The position numbers were made by a program, and so were the translations under genes. Below are positions 1 to 10,646 of a stretch of 41,378 nucleotides of DNA, in pieces. The stretch lies in sequence record DRR723986_6735, one strand, 5' to 3'. Below the pieces are notes generated by a model. That model was not told the origin of the DNA, ran no database searches, and saw only the letters and a program-made list of their open reading frames with translations. Positions within the stretch are counted from its first letter, which is position 1, and the number at the start of each line of letters is the position of its first letter.

Positions 1-685
1 CTTCGACACCGGTCGGGTTGTTGTTGCCCGGCACGTGCAGCGCCCAGATGTGCAGGATCACGACAGCGGCGATCATGAACGGCAGCAGATAGTGCAGCGA
101 GAAGAAACGCTGCAGGGTCTGGTTGCCGATCGACGGACCGCCCATCAGCCAGGTCTGGATGCTTTCACCGATCAGCGGGATCGCACCGAACAGGCCGGTG
201 ATCACGTTGGAACCATGATAGGACATCTGGCCCCATGGCAGCATGTAGCCGAGGAAGGCCGTTGCCATCATCAGCAGGTAGATCACGCAACCCAGGATCC
301 AGAGCACTTCGCGCGGCGCCTTGTACGAGCCGTAATAAAGACCACGGAACATGTGGATGTAGACCGCAAGGAAGAACATCGAGGCGCCGTTGGCGTGGAT
401 GTAGCGAAGCAGCCAGCCGTAAGGCACGTCGCGCATGATGCGCTCAACCGAAGCAAAGGCGCCGTCGACGCTGGCTTCATAGTGCATGGCCAGAATCACA
501 CCGGTGATGATCTGTGTGGCAAGGCAGACCGCCAGGATACCACCGAACGTGTACCAGTAGTTCAGGTTCTTCGGGGTCGGAAAATTGATTGCCGTATCCT
601 GGGCGAACCGGATGATCGGCAGGCGGGAATCCAACCAGCGCGTGAAGCCGTTGGTCGGAGTGTAAGAAGATTCGTGTCCGCTCAT
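1..685 (-). CDS. petB: Cytochrome b of the bc1 complex (5' part; runs off the window's left edge)
   Basis: Manual minus-strand translation from ATG at 685: [25 protein letters not shown]...[14 protein letters not shown]...[26 protein letters not shown]...[11 protein letters not shown]; directly downstream of the Rieske gene, with AGGA RBS. Not in the ORF track because it is truncated. Confidence 0.97.
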   Translation of the reverse strand, partial: MSGHESSYTPTNGFTRWLDSRLPIIRFAQDTAINFPTPKNLNYWYTFGGILAVCLATQIITGVILAMHYEASVDGAFASVERIMRDVPYGWLLRYIHANGASMFFLAVYIHMFRGLYYGSYKAPREVLWILGCVIYLLMMATAFLGYMLPWGQMSYHGSNVITGLFGAIPLIGESIQTWLMGGPSIGNQTLQRFFSLHYLLPFMIAAVVILHIWALHVPGNNNPTGVE

Positions 686-697
686 GGGCTACCGTCC

Positions 698-1270
698 TTA
701 CAGCGAGATGTTGACCACGGTGTCCGAAACATAGCGGTAGTTCGGAACCGGAAGATTGAGAGGAGCCGGGCCCTTACGGATGCGGCCAGACGTATCGTAG
801 TGCGAGCCGTGGCAAGGGCAGTACCAGCCGCCGAAGTCGCCGGTGTTACCCTGAGCCGGGCCGACCGGAACGCAGCCGAGGTGCGTACAGGAGCCCGACG
901 TGATCAGGATCGCACGGTTCAGTTCACCGTTCGGCATCGGGTTCAGGCGCTCGTCATCGGTTTGCGGGTCACGCAGCGACGCGACGTTCACCGATTCGGC
1001 GGCCGAAATCTCAGCCGGGGTGCGGTGACGGACAAAGAAAGGCTTGCCCCCGATGAGCACGCGGATTTCGCTGCCCAGCGGGATCTTGGAGATATCGACG
1101 TCCAGGGCCGATGCGGCCTTGGTATCTGCTGCCGGGTTCCACTGGTCGACTGCGACCCAGGCGAACATGGCAGCGCCGCCGAAAGCTGCCGCTCCCGTCG
1201 CGATGTGAATAAAGTTGCGGCGGTCCTCGTCAACAGCACCGCCGTGCTCAAGTGATGTCTGATCGGTCAC
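698..1270 (-). CDS. petA: Ubiquinol-cytochrome c reductase Rieske iron-sulfur subunit
   Basis: CTHLGC and CPCHGS Rieske boxes; Tat-type RRNF N-terminal anchor; upstream of petB. Confidence 0.98.
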   Translation of the reverse strand: MTDQTSLEHGGAVDEDRRNFIHIATGAAAFGGAAMFAWVAVDQWNPAADTKAASALDVDISKIPLGSEIRVLIGGKPFFVRHRTPAEISAAESVNVASLRDPQTDDERLNPMPNGELNRAILITSGSCTHLGCVPVGPAQGNTGDFGGWYCPCHGSHYDTSGRIRKGPAPLNLPVPNYRYVSDTVVNISL

Positions 1271-1451
1271 GCTTTTCCCGTCCTCAACAGGCAGAGTTCT
1301 GGCCCCTAATTACAGAACCCCGCCCTCTCGCACATTGCGGCAAGTGGGCGCGGGGCCAGCCCCCTGAGATACACTGAAAAAGGGCGTTATCCTGACTTGA
1401 GCCCTGTGACAACAGGGGGCTTGCAAGCTGTGCAGCTTACGCCACAAGACA

Positions 1452-2342
1452 ATGCCCATGACGATGACCGACCTCGACACCCAAAAACAGCGCGCGCGAG
1501 ACTGGTTCCGCGCCCTCCAGGAAGACATCTGCAGCCGCTTCGAAGCCATCGAACAGGCCGCCGAACCGCCCTTGTACCGGGGCGATCCGGGCAAATTCGA
1601 GCTGACGGAGTGGAAACGCGGCGACGGCAGCGAGGACCTGGGCGGCGGGCGCATGGGCCTGATGCGAGGCAAGGTGTTCGAGAAGGTCGGTGTCCATTTT
1701 TCAGAGGTCTATGGCACTTTCTCGGAAGGCTTCGCTGCACAAATCCCCGGCGCAGACCAGTCTGACGGGCGATTCTGGGCCTCGGGAATATCGCTCATCG
1801 CTCACCCGCGTAACCCGCATGTACCCGCCGCTCACATGAACACGCGCATGCTGGTCACCAGCCAGAGCTGGTTCGGCGGCGGCGGAGACCTCAATCCCCT
1901 GCTCGCCTATCAGCGCGATCAGGCCTTCGAGGATTCTGTGGAATTCCACGCCGCCATGAAAGCGGCGTGCGATACGCACCCCGGCGCGGACTATGCGCAG
2001 ATGAAGAAAACCTGCGACACTTACTTCCACCTCCCTCACCGGGACGAGCCGCGCGGCACCGGCGGTATTTTCTATGACCGTTTCAATACCGGCGACTGGG
2101 AAACGGATTTCGCGTTCACACGTGAAGTCGGAAAACAATTCGCTGAAATCTATCCCGGACTCGTGCGCAAGCGGTTCCAGAAGGCATGGAGCGAAGCAGA
2201 ACGCGAAGAACAGTTGATCCAGCGAGGCCGCTATGTGGAGTTTAACTTGCTCTACGACCGCGGCACGACGTTCGGCCTGAAGACCGGCGGCAAAGTCACC
2301 AGCATCCTTTCTTCCATGCCGCCCGTGGTGAAATGGCCCTGA
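1452..2342 (+). CDS. hemF: Oxygen-dependent coproporphyrinogen III oxidase
   Basis: [32 protein letters not shown] and [19 protein letters not shown] motifs. Confidence 0.97.
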   Translation: MPMTMTDLDTQKQRARDWFRALQEDICSRFEAIEQAAEPPLYRGDPGKFELTEWKRGDGSEDLGGGRMGLMRGKVFEKVGVHFSEVYGTFSEGFAAQIPGADQSDGRFWASGISLIAHPRNPHVPAAHMNTRMLVTSQSWFGGGGDLNPLLAYQRDQAFEDSVEFHAAMKAACDTHPGADYAQMKKTCDTYFHLPHRDEPRGTGGIFYDRFNTGDWETDFAFTREVGKQFAEIYPGLVRKRFQKAWSEAEREEQLIQRGRYVEFNLLYDRGTTFGLKTGGKVTSILSSMPPVVKWP

Positions 2343-2468
2343 CCGGCCCGCAATTCCGGCAGTAGCGCCCGATCTCCAGTCAGAAAGCCCGCCCTCGCGG
2401 AACAAGATTCCCGCGCTTGGGGTAGACGGCAGACGGTTGGGCAGTTTCCAGATATATTCACAATCCTG

Positions 2469-2966
2469 ATGGTGGACGACAGCCGGGCCCCTCCCTGGGG
2501 TGCCAGTTTGGTGCTGGTGCTGGCGACGGCTTTGGCCGGCGTTATGGGCGGAATTGTCACCCGTTCCGGCAAGGAACCCTGGTATTCGGGACTTGAGAAA
2601 TCCTCTCTCACGCCACCGGACTGGATGTTCGGAATTGTCTGGCCTGGTCTCTTCTCACTGATGACGCTCAGCGCCCTGCTGGTCTTGTGGCGCGCCGGAA
2701 GTTCCAGTGCCGCCAGCCGCGCGCTCGGCATCTATTTCGCCATGCTGATGGTGAATGTGGGCTGGAGCCTGTTTTTTTTCGGTCTCAAGCAGATCCCGTT
2801 GGCGCTTGGCGTGCTGACCGCGCTCTGGCTGCTGATTCTCGCCATGATGGGAGAGTTCGCCCGCATCTCGAAGCCCGCCGCCTGGCTTCAACTGCCTTAC
2901 CTGGCCTGGGTCACCTTCGCCGGATATCTGAACCTTTATATCTGGTCGGCTAATCCGCCTGGCTGA
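2469..2966 (+). CDS. tspO: TspO/MBR family tryptophan-rich sensory protein
   Basis: WY..L.K...TPPDWMFGIVW, N.GWS.FFFG and LPYLAW..FA..LN motifs; about 5 TM helices. Confidence 0.92.
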   Translation: MVDDSRAPPWGASLVLVLATALAGVMGGIVTRSGKEPWYSGLEKSSLTPPDWMFGIVWPGLFSLMTLSALLVLWRAGSSSAASRALGIYFAMLMVNVGWSLFFFGLKQIPLALGVLTALWLLILAMMGEFARISKPAAWLQLPYLAWVTFAGYLNLYIWSANPPG

Positions 2967-4164
2967 GCCGGGCAAGCAAGGCATCTCGGGTCAACGTGAA
3001 GCCGGAGGCGATCCAGGCCTCCTCGGCCTTTGCCAAGGCCTTGCCGATTGCCGGTCCAGCCAGGCCGGCTGCCAGCGCATCTGCCCCGCCGACGGGCAGT
3101 TCAGGTCTCGACCACCGGGATGCTGCGGCCATCACAAGTTTCAGACTGTCCCCTGCCCCGCTGGCAGCCTCAACCAGGGCCCGGTCGCAGACAGCCTCCG
3201 GCCCGCACCGGTAAAAGGCTTCAGCCAGTTCCGCCGGGCTCAGCGTTTCAATATGCCCCAGTGCCGGATCCGCCCAGGCTGCCAGCCTGTCCTGTTCGGC
3301 ATTCGACAGACGCAGGATCTGGCCCACTTCGCGAACGTCACGCAGGCGTCGCGGCAGCATGCTCATCAATCGCTGCATCGGATCAGGCTTTATGTTTACC
3401 GACTGTTCCGTAGACACAAGGGCTGGCAATGCACCTGCTGAAGCCTCCGGCAAGACAGCCTTGAGGACGCCGCTCTCTTCCATGGCCAACAATGCATCGG
3501 ATGGATCCGGCGCTTCCAGAAGGCGTTTAAGTTCTTTCCATATCCGCTCCCGGGCGATTTTTGCGAGGCCGTCCCTCTGCCGTGTGCAGGCAGCGAGGCC
3601 TTCTTCATCCACCTCGGCGCCATACCAGGCATTGAACCGGAAAAAGCGAAGGATACGCAGATAGTCTTCCTTCAGGCGCTGATCGCCATCACCGATGAAG
3701 ATCACCCTCCCCGCCAGCGCATCGTCGATGCTGCCAGGCACAACCTCATGCAGGGTTCCATCCGAACCGGCATAGATGGCATTGAGCCGGAAATCCCGGC
3801 GCTCGGCATCCTCGGCCCAGTCTTCTGTGAAAGCGACTACGGCACGCCGGCCATCGGTTTCGACATCCCGGCGCAGGCTGGTGACCTCAAACGGCTCGCC
3901 GTCGATGATGGCGGTGACGGTACCGTGCTCGATCCCCGTCGGCAGGGCCCGGATACCGGCGGCGTTCATCGCCTTCATGACGTCTTCCGGCAGGATCTGT
4001 GTGGCGATGTCGATGTCATCTGCCGGAATGCCGCGCAGCGTGTTGCGCACACAGCCACCAACAAAACGCGAGCCGCCGGGGCGCACCGCTTCGAGCGCCG
4101 CCATCACGGCGCGTGTCCCCGGCGCGTTCAGCCAGTCCGCTTGTATCCGGTCAGTCTGTGCCAT
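2950..4164 (-). CDS. cca: CCA tRNA nucleotidyltransferase / poly(A) polymerase family
   Basis: FVGGCVRN, DIDIAT, EVTSLRRD, RRDFRLNA and EDYLRILRFFRF motifs; start reassigned to ATG 4164 (MAQTDR), overlapping the upstream gene's end. Confidence 0.93.
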   Translation of the reverse strand: MAQTDRIQADWLNAPGTRAVMAALEAVRPGGSRFVGGCVRNTLRGIPADDIDIATQILPEDVMKAMNAAGIRALPTGIEHGTVTAIIDGEPFEVTSLRRDVETDGRRAVVAFTEDWAEDAERRDFRLNAIYAGSDGTLHEVVPGSIDDALAGRVIFIGDGDQRLKEDYLRILRFFRFNAWYGAEVDEEGLAACTRQRDGLAKIARERIWKELKRLLEAPDPSDALLAMEESGVLKAVLPEASAGALPALVSTEQSVNIKPDPMQRLMSMLPRRLRDVREVGQILRLSNAEQDRLAAWADPALGHIETLSPAELAEAFYRCGPEAVCDRALVEAASGAGDSLKLVMAAASRWSRPELPVGGADALAAGLAGPAIGKALAKAEEAWIASGFTLTRDALLARLSQAD

Positions 4165-4516
4165 CTTCGGTGACGTCCGTCCCGTCAGTGGGCAGCTCGA
4201 TCGATCCGCCGGGATCGTCGCTGCCAGCCCGGCCGGCATCCCTGAGGTCATGTGCGCAGGGATAAAACTCTCCCGGCACCAGCTTGCCATCCACATAACG
4301 GGTCGGTTTCTGGCACATCTCCGGTTCGCGCTTCTCCAGGAACGTCATCGCGAAAAAAGCCACGACAGCAAGGCCCAGACCTATCAGGAACAACATGTTG
4401 ATCGGCCATTTCCGGCGGCCTTCATGCTCGGCCGTCGTTGTGGCCAGCAGGTAGAGCCCGAACACCAGAAACGGAATCGAGAAGAAAAAGAGTTCGAAGA
4501 GTATCCGTCCGGCCAA
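4151..4516 (-). CDS. Small membrane protein, DUF6111-like
   Basis: Two TM segments plus C-terminal P.RYVDGKLVPG motif; conserved position between NudL and cca in Alphaproteobacteria. Confidence 0.75.
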   Translation of the reverse strand: MAGRILFELFFFSIPFLVFGLYLLATTTAEHEGRRKWPINMLFLIGLGLAVVAFFAMTFLEKREPEMCQKPTRYVDGKLVPGEFYPCAHDLRDAGRAGSDDPGGSIELPTDGTDVTEDGTD

Positions 4517-4593
4517 TGTCCCGGTTCCTCGCTTGTGATGATGTTCAGGATAGGCAGATGCTGAAACCAGCGAAACCCTAAACAGACAAAGCC

Positions 4594-5214
4594 TTACGCT
4601 TCATAGAGCGTTTCATAGAGACGCTGGATTATTCCTGCTGTCACGCCCCAGATGCGATAGCCATTATGGGGCATCTCGTAATAGCGGCGCGGTTTACCCC
4701 GGTAGACCGCCTCCCCCATCCGGTGATTGCGGGCGTCCATCAGGAAGTCGAGCGGCGTTTCGAACACATCGGCCACCTCGGTCGGATCCGGCACAGGCTC
4801 GAAATCTGCGGGCAGCAGACCGACAACCGGCGTGATTCGATAGCGCGTTCCCGTCACATACGGCGCGGCCTTGCCGAGGATCTGCACATTATCCGGCACG
4901 ACGCCGACTTCTTCTTCCGATTCGCGCAAGGCGGCGGCCACCTCGTCGAGGTCGATCGGGTCCACCTTGCCGCCCGGAAACGCCACCTGCCCGGCATGAT
5001 CGGCCATCGTGGTCGGCCGCACCGTCAGCAGCGCCGTTGCGCCGGACACGCGTGGAATAACCCCGACCAGCACCGCCGCAGGACGGATGATCGCCACTTC
5101 TTCCGGCGACAGGAAATCCATATCGCCCGTCTCCCCCAGCCGGCCATCGCCAACGGGCGGATCGAGCCGCGATTCGACACGCGCGATGAAGTCTTCGAGG
5201 CCTTGCCAGGACAT
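4594..5214 (-). CDS. nudL: CoA pyrophosphatase, Nudix family (NudL/PCD1 type)
   Basis: AAVLV..., LLT.R....HAGQVAFPGG, Nudix box AALRESEEEVG, IWGVTA. Confidence 0.9.
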   Translation of the reverse strand: MSWQGLEDFIARVESRLDPPVGDGRLGETGDMDFLSPEEVAIIRPAAVLVGVIPRVSGATALLTVRPTTMADHAGQVAFPGGKVDPIDLDEVAAALRESEEEVGVVPDNVQILGKAAPYVTGTRYRITPVVGLLPADFEPVPDPTEVADVFETPLDFLMDARNHRMGEAVYRGKPRRYYEMPHNGYRIWGVTAGIIQRLYETLYEA

Positions 5215-5225
5215 GCCCTTTGTCC

Positions 5226-5813
5226 TCAGGCTGCAGAGCCGATGGGAAAGAATGTTCCCTGGCTCCAGACACCCAGAATGTCCGGATCGTCCGGCGAAGG
5301 CTCGGCCATCTCGACGAGATCGTAAAAGGCTGCGCGGGTCAGTTTCGCCTCCAACCGCCCCCGCACCAGCACATAAGGCGACGGCTCACCGGTCTCCGGA
5401 TCGGTCTCGACGCGGATCGGCGCGTCCGGTCCGGCCAGAGTGATGTCGTCCAGATTGGTCAGAAAGGCGAGCGTCTGATCCCGGCCGGATTCGCCCACAC
5501 GGTCCACCCGGACGCCCAGGAATGGGGCATCCTCGACTGTGACGATCACTTTCTCGTAGGGCGTGACCAGCCAGGTCTTCCCGTCCTCATCCTTGCGCAG
5601 GATACGGGAAAACAGCTTCACCAGCCGCTCACGATTAATGCGCGATCCATCATGCCACCAGGCGCCGTCAGCCCGAATCTCCATGCCAATGTCGGCGCTG
5701 TGTTCCGGGTTCCAGAGATGCACAGGCGGCAGCTTTCCATCCAGCTTGCCCTCGGGCAGGATGGATTTCAGCGTTTCTTCAAGGCTGATTGTGGTTGCTG
5801 AACTGGATGTCAC
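5226..5813 (-). CDS. DUF1285 domain protein
   Basis: PPVHLWNP, I.ADG.W.HDGS.I.R..LVKLFSRILR, LVTP.EK, VEDAPF; GTG start with GGAGG RBS; divergent from moxR. Confidence 0.9.
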   Translation of the reverse strand: MTSSSATTISLEETLKSILPEGKLDGKLPPVHLWNPEHSADIGMEIRADGAWWHDGSRINRERLVKLFSRILRKDEDGKTWLVTPYEKVIVTVEDAPFLGVRVDRVGESGRDQTLAFLTNLDDITLAGPDAPIRVETDPETGEPSPYVLVRGRLEAKLTRAAFYDLVEMAEPSPDDPDILGVWSQGTFFPIGSAA

Positions 5814-5889
5814 ACCTTCCTCCGCCTTGAAGAGGCCTTACAAATAGGTCTGATTGCACATGACGCAAACCCGGAGACGCTTTTAGAAT

Positions 5890-6888
5890 ATGGCTGATAC
5901 TGATGTGACTGCCGAGGCGATTGTCGCCGATGCCGAGGCTGCCGCCGAAACCCTGCAGCAGGTGAAAGCCGAAATCGCCAAAGCCGTGTTCGGCCAGGAG
6001 CGTGTGGTCGAGCTCTCATTGGCTGCTGTTCTGGCAGGTGGCCATGCCTTGCTGATCGGCGCACCAGGCCTCGCCAAGACACGTCTTGTGGAAGCCATGG
6101 GCACCGCGCTCGGCCTGACCAATCAGCGCATCCAGTTCACGCCGGACCTTATGCCCTCGGATATCCTCGGCTCCGAAGTTCTGGACGAGAGCGCCAGCGG
6201 CCAGCGGAGTTTCCGCTTCCTGCGCGGCCCGATCTTCACCCAGCTGCTCATGGCGGACGAGATCAACCGTGCCTCCCCGCGTACCCAGTCCGCCCTTCTG
6301 CAGGCCATGCAGGAACGCCATGTGACTGTGGCTGGCGTGCGGCATGACCTGCCCGCACCTTTCCATGTGCTGGCGACCCAGAACCCGATCGAGCAGGAAG
6401 GCACCTATCCGCTGCCTGAAGCCCAGCTCGACCGCTTCCTTCTGAAAGTGGACGTCAACTATCCGGACCTCGACACTGAACGCCGCATTCTGATCGAGAC
6501 AACCGGCGGCGCCGACCAGACCGTACGCTCGGCCCTCGATGCCGAACGCCTGATCGCGCTGCAGGCCCTCGTTCGGAAAATGCCGGTCGGCGAGAAGATC
6601 GTCTCGGCCATTCTCTCCCTTGTCCGCGAGGCCCGCCCGGAACAAACTTCTGATCCGCATGTGAAACGCCTCGTCGACTGGGGCCCTTCCCCGCGGGCCG
6701 GTCAGGCGCTGATGCTGGCAGCCCGCTCCCGCGCGCTCCTGCGCGGCCGGTTCGCGCCAAGCCTCGAAGATGTCGAAGCGCTGGCAGAGCCTTGCCTCGG
6801 CCATCGCATGGCCATGCGCTACGACCCGACCGGCGAAGCGCCCGGCCTTTCCGAACTGATCAACGATCTTGCGCGGAAGGTGGCGTAG
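5890..6888 (+). CDS. moxR: MoxR family AAA+ ATPase
   Basis: Walker A G.PGLAKT, RIQFTPDLMPSDILG, Walker B ADEINRASPRTQSALL, ATQNPIEQEGTYPLPEAQLDRF. Confidence 0.96.
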   Translation: MADTDVTAEAIVADAEAAAETLQQVKAEIAKAVFGQERVVELSLAAVLAGGHALLIGAPGLAKTRLVEAMGTALGLTNQRIQFTPDLMPSDILGSEVLDESASGQRSFRFLRGPIFTQLLMADEINRASPRTQSALLQAMQERHVTVAGVRHDLPAPFHVLATQNPIEQEGTYPLPEAQLDRFLLKVDVNYPDLDTERRILIETTGGADQTVRSALDAERLIALQALVRKMPVGEKIVSAILSLVREARPEQTSDPHVKRLVDWGPSPRAGQALMLAARSRALLRGRFAPSLEDVEALAEPCLGHRMAMRYDPTGEAPGLSELINDLARKVA

Positions 6889-6897
6889 CGCAGCCCG

Positions 6898-7764
6898 ATG
6901 ACTCCAGCTGCCGACCTTCGCGCCGAAGCCGAAGCCCTTGCCCGCCAGCTGCCCGGCCTGAACTTCAAGGCCGAGGCGAGCGAGGCTGCGCATATCGGTT
7001 CGGCCGGACGGCGCCGCCCCGGTACGGGCGAGCATTTCTGGCAGTACCGCCGCTATGCGCAGGAAGATGCGGCCGAGCGCGTCGACTGGCGCCGCTCTGC
7101 CAAGGGCAATGAACTCTTCGTCCGCGAGACCGAACTTGAAACCGCGCGCACGGTCCTCTTCTGGTGCGATGACAATCCCGGCTTCCGCTGGAAGGCCGAG
7201 GGCGAACTGCGCACCAAGGCGGAGGAAGCGACCGTCCTCATGCTGTCCGTCGCCATCATGCTGTCCAAGGATGGCGAACGGGTCGGCGCCCTTGGTGGCG
7301 GACGCGGCGCAAGTTTCGGCAAGCGCGCAGTCGACCGGCTGTCAGAGGAACTTGCCCGCGGCACCGGCGGCAATTTCCCTTCCCCGCCGCGTTCCTCCGC
7401 CACGCTGATTGTCGCCTCTGACTTCTATGATCCGATCCCGGAATGGCAGGCCCGGCTGGCCCCACTCGCTGGCAAATGCCCGGAAGGCATCCTGCTGGCC
7501 GTCTCTTCCCCGATAGAAGTCGACTTCCCGTTCGAAGGCCGCGTAAAGCTGCGCCGGCCGGGGTCTGCCCTTTCCCGCATCTTCGGGCGGGCCGAAACGA
7601 TCCGCGAGGAATACCACCACCGCTTTGCGGCGCAGCGTGATGCGCTCAATGAGCTGACCAATAGAATGGGCTGGCGCTTCATCTCCCATGTTTCGGGCCA
7701 GCCACTACTGCAAAGCGCTGCCCGCCTGAAGGCCCAGCTTGAAAGCTTCGGGACGAAGCTATGA
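6898..7764 (+). CDS. DUF58 domain protein (VWA-like MoxR partner)
   Basis: G.GE.FWQYRRY...D....DWRRSA...LFVRE.E motif; SDF motif; follows moxR. Confidence 0.93.
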   Translation: MTPAADLRAEAEALARQLPGLNFKAEASEAAHIGSAGRRRPGTGEHFWQYRRYAQEDAAERVDWRRSAKGNELFVRETELETARTVLFWCDDNPGFRWKAEGELRTKAEEATVLMLSVAIMLSKDGERVGALGGGRGASFGKRAVDRLSEELARGTGGNFPSPPRSSATLIVASDFYDPIPEWQARLAPLAGKCPEGILLAVSSPIEVDFPFEGRVKLRRPGSALSRIFGRAETIREEYHHRFAAQRDALNELTNRMGWRFISHVSGQPLLQSAARLKAQLESFGTKL

Positions 7765-10646
7765 TGGCGCTCGGCCCCTTCCTGTTCGGCGCACCCTGGG
7801 CGCTAACCGCCCTGATCGCCCTGCCGGTGATCTGGTGGATCCTGCGCGCCACGCCGCCCGCTCCGAAAGACATCGAGCTGCCCTCGCTCCGCATCCTGGA
7901 AGGCATGGAGCCGAAAGAGGAAACCCCGGCCCGCACACCCTGGTGGGTCTGGCTGATACGGACGCTGGCCGTCACCGCCGCGATCCTCGGCCTCTCCCAA
8001 CCGGTTTACGCCCCCGGCGCAAAGACGGCATCCATGGAGGGATCCGGCCCGCTCCTGATCGTGATCGACAATGGCTGGCCGTCTGCCTCGCGCTGGAGCG
8101 AACTGGTCAATGCCGCGACGGCCACGCTGGACGCCGGCAGCCGCGATATGCCGGTCCACCTGCTTCTGACCGCGCCACAGCAACTGAACAATGACCCAGC
8201 CGAACGGCTCAGCACGGCCGATGCCGCGAAGCGCATCTCGTCATTGAGACCGCAAGCCTGGAGCACAGACCGCGCGGACGCCATCGACCGACTGGATGAC
8301 TCCGGCCTGAAACCAAGCCGTATCTTCTGGGCCAGCGATGGTCTGGAAAACGCCGTAGGGCGGGCCTTCGCAGCAGATCTATCCGCTCGCGCCCCGCTCA
8401 CCGTCTTTGCCGCTCCCCCGCACGCGCCGGCGGCCATCACGCGGCTCAACTCTGAAACAGACTCCGTTTCCGTCACGCTCCGCCGTGTCGACACCCGTGG
8501 GGAAGAACGCGCCTTTGTCTCCGCCCTGACGCTGGACGGCTCCGCGCTCGCAACGTCCGAGGCGACATTTGCCGATGGAACCAATGAAGCCAGCGCCGAT
8601 TTCGCCATCCCCGCCGCAGCCCTTGCGCGCATTGCCCGCTTTGCTGTGACTGGCCGGCAGGGGGCCGGCACTGTGTGGCTTTGGGACTCCTCCGACCGCT
8701 CCCGCCGTGTGGGCCTCGTCGATGCAGGTGCGGTTGCACAGCCTCTGCTTTCGGACATGCACTATGTTCGCAAGGCGCTGGAGCCGTTCGCTTCCATCAC
8801 TGAAGGTACCGTCGAAACGCTTGTCGCTGAATCGCCGGATGCGATCATCCTCACCGATGTCGGACAGATCCTGCCGGAAGATGAAGAACGCCTGGCTGAC
8901 TGGGTCGGAAATGGCGGCGCCCTGATCCGCTTTGCCGGGCCACGCCTGGCCGCGCAGGGCGATGACCTGCTGCCCGTGCCGCTGCGCCGTGCGTCGCGGG
9001 CCCTTGGCGGCGCCCTCGCCTGGGATGAACCGCAGGCCCTTGCGCCATTTTCCGAGACCTCTCCTTTCGACGGGCTGAACGTGCCGCCGGACGTGCGTGT
9101 CACGCAACAAGTCCTCGCTCGTCCGGGACCGGAGCTTTCGAACCATACATGGGCCCGTCTCGCAGATGGTTCACCACTGGTCACCGCCGATGGGCGAGGC
9201 GCCGGAACGATTGTCCTGTTCCATATCACCGCCGGACCGGACTGGGCCAACCTTGCCTACTCCGACCTCTTCCCGCAAATGCTGCGCCGCTGTATCGCTG
9301 CCGGCCGGGGCGAGTCTGTGAATGACGAAGAGGGCGCCTACACACCCAAGCTGATTCTGGACGGGTACGGACGGCTGGAATCGCCCGGCCCGGCGGCTGC
9401 ACCGCTCAAGGCAACGGACTTTGATACGCTTGAGCCATCCGAGGCGCATCCGCCCGGGCTTTACCAGGGGCCCGCAGGCACGCGCGCGCTCAATGTCGCG
9501 CGAAACGCAAAACCGGAGCTCATCGCATCCTGGCCGCCTGCTGCCCGCCTGCTGGGGGATGCTGAAGCACGATCGTTGCGCCTTGCCGGACCATTGTTGG
9601 CCTTTGCTGCGCTGCTTCTCGCCCTGGACCTGTTCATCGCCCTGCTCGTTGCCGGCCACCTGCCGCGCCTGAGCCGAAAAACAGGTATGGCGGCGGTTGT
9701 CCTGGTGGCAGGCCTGTTCCTTGTTCCGGCGCCCGACGCCAGCGCGCAGGAATATCAGTACCGGCTGATGCCGGATGGTACTTACCGCCGTGTTGCAACG
9801 GGCCCCACCATCATCCCCCTGCCCAAGGGCAATGCGCCACAATCGGATGTCGACGCCGCCCTTCGGATGCGGTTCGGCTATGTGAAGACGCCCGACATCG
9901 CCCTGAATGAGCGCGCGCGGGCCGGTTTATTTGGCTTGTCGACGACGCTGTTCAGCCGCACCTCGGTCGAGCCGGACATACCGGATGAACTTGACCTCGA
10001 ATCCAGCCCGCTGGAGCTCTACCCGCTCATTTACTTCGCCGTGCCTCAAGGCGCCGCGCCATTGTCGGAGAAAGCCGTTGCGCGTCTGAACGCTTATCTC
10101 CGTTCCGGCGGTGCTCTGGTGATTGATACGCGGGACGGCGACACCCCCGGTTCAACTGAAATCACGCGGCTTGAAAACCTGCTCGAAGGACTGGATGCAC
10201 CGCCGCTCCAGCCAGTGCCGAGCAACCACGTCCTCACCCGGTCTTTTTATCTGCTGTCGGACTTTCCGGGCCGCTACGCTGATCGCCAGCTCTGGATTGA
10301 ACAAGCCGGATCAGCCTCAGCGCCACGCGGTGATGGGGTCTCCGGCCTGTTCATCGGGGATGCTGACTGGATTTCCGCCTGGGCAATCGATGAACGGGGA
10401 CGTGATCTTTATTCCGTGGATGGCGGCGAGGACCAGCGTGAAATGGCCCGGCGCTTTGGCGTCAATCTCGTCATGTATATTCTGACCGGCAGCTACAAGG
10501 ACGATCAGGTTCACCTGCCTGCCCTGCTGGAACGTCTGGGCGAAGGCGATGGCGGTAGCAACAGTTTCGGCCCACGTTCTCGTCCACCGGGCAACAACCA
10601 GGATAATGACGAGCCGCAATTCCTGCCGAATGGAATGCCGCAATGA
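7761..10646 (+). CDS. Large membrane protein: N-terminal BatA double-TM, VWA-like and GATase1-like regions, C-terminal DUF4159
   Basis: LPVIWWILR.TPP.P N-terminus; C-terminal YPLIYF...GG.LVID and RFGVNLVMY.LTG.YK.DQVH; ATGA overlap with DUF58. Confidence 0.9.
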   Translation: MMALGPFLFGAPWALTALIALPVIWWILRATPPAPKDIELPSLRILEGMEPKEETPARTPWWVWLIRTLAVTAAILGLSQPVYAPGAKTASMEGSGPLLIVIDNGWPSASRWSELVNAATATLDAGSRDMPVHLLLTAPQQLNNDPAERLSTADAAKRISSLRPQAWSTDRADAIDRLDDSGLKPSRIFWASDGLENAVGRAFAADLSARAPLTVFAAPPHAPAAITRLNSETDSVSVTLRRVDTRGEERAFVSALTLDGSALATSEATFADGTNEASADFAIPAAALARIARFAVTGRQGAGTVWLWDSSDRSRRVGLVDAGAVAQPLLSDMHYVRKALEPFASITEGTVETLVAESPDAIILTDVGQILPEDEERLADWVGNGGALIRFAGPRLAAQGDDLLPVPLRRASRALGGALAWDEPQALAPFSETSPFDGLNVPPDVRVTQQVLARPGPELSNHTWARLADGSPLVTADGRGAGTIVLFHITAGPDWANLAYSDLFPQMLRRCIAAGRGESVNDEEGAYTPKLILDGYGRLESPGPAAAPLKATDFDTLEPSEAHPPGLYQGPAGTRALNVARNAKPELIASWPPAARLLGDAEARSLRLAGPLLAFAALLLALDLFIALLVAGHLPRLSRKTGMAAVVLVAGLFLVPAPDASAQEYQYRLMPDGTYRRVATGPTIIPLPKGNAPQSDVDAALRMRFGYVKTPDIALNERARAGLFGLSTTLFSRTSVEPDIPDELDLESSPLELYPLIYFAVPQGAAPLSEKAVARLNAYLRSGGALVIDTRDGDTPGSTEITRLENLLEGLDAPPLQPVPSNHVLTRSFYLLSDFPGRYADRQLWIEQAGSASAPRGDGVSGLFIGDADWISAWAIDERGRDLYSVDGGEDQREMARRFGVNLVMYILTGSYKDDQVHLPALLERLGEGDGGSNSFGPRSRPPGNNQDNDEPQFLPNGMPQ

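Noticed and set aside
35..1255. 406-aa + strand ORF, and similar long ORFs at 6016-7035, 22483-24203, 32254-33192, 38432-39523 and 39786-41354
   Set aside because: Antisense shadows of well-supported genes (petAB, moxR, dsbD, ABC ATPase, PPIase, secA), expected in high-GC DNA; no motifs
4165..4296. 44-aa N-terminal extension of the CCA enzyme in the ORF track
   Set aside because: It overlaps the DUF6111-like gene in another frame; family similarity begins near MAQTDR (4164)
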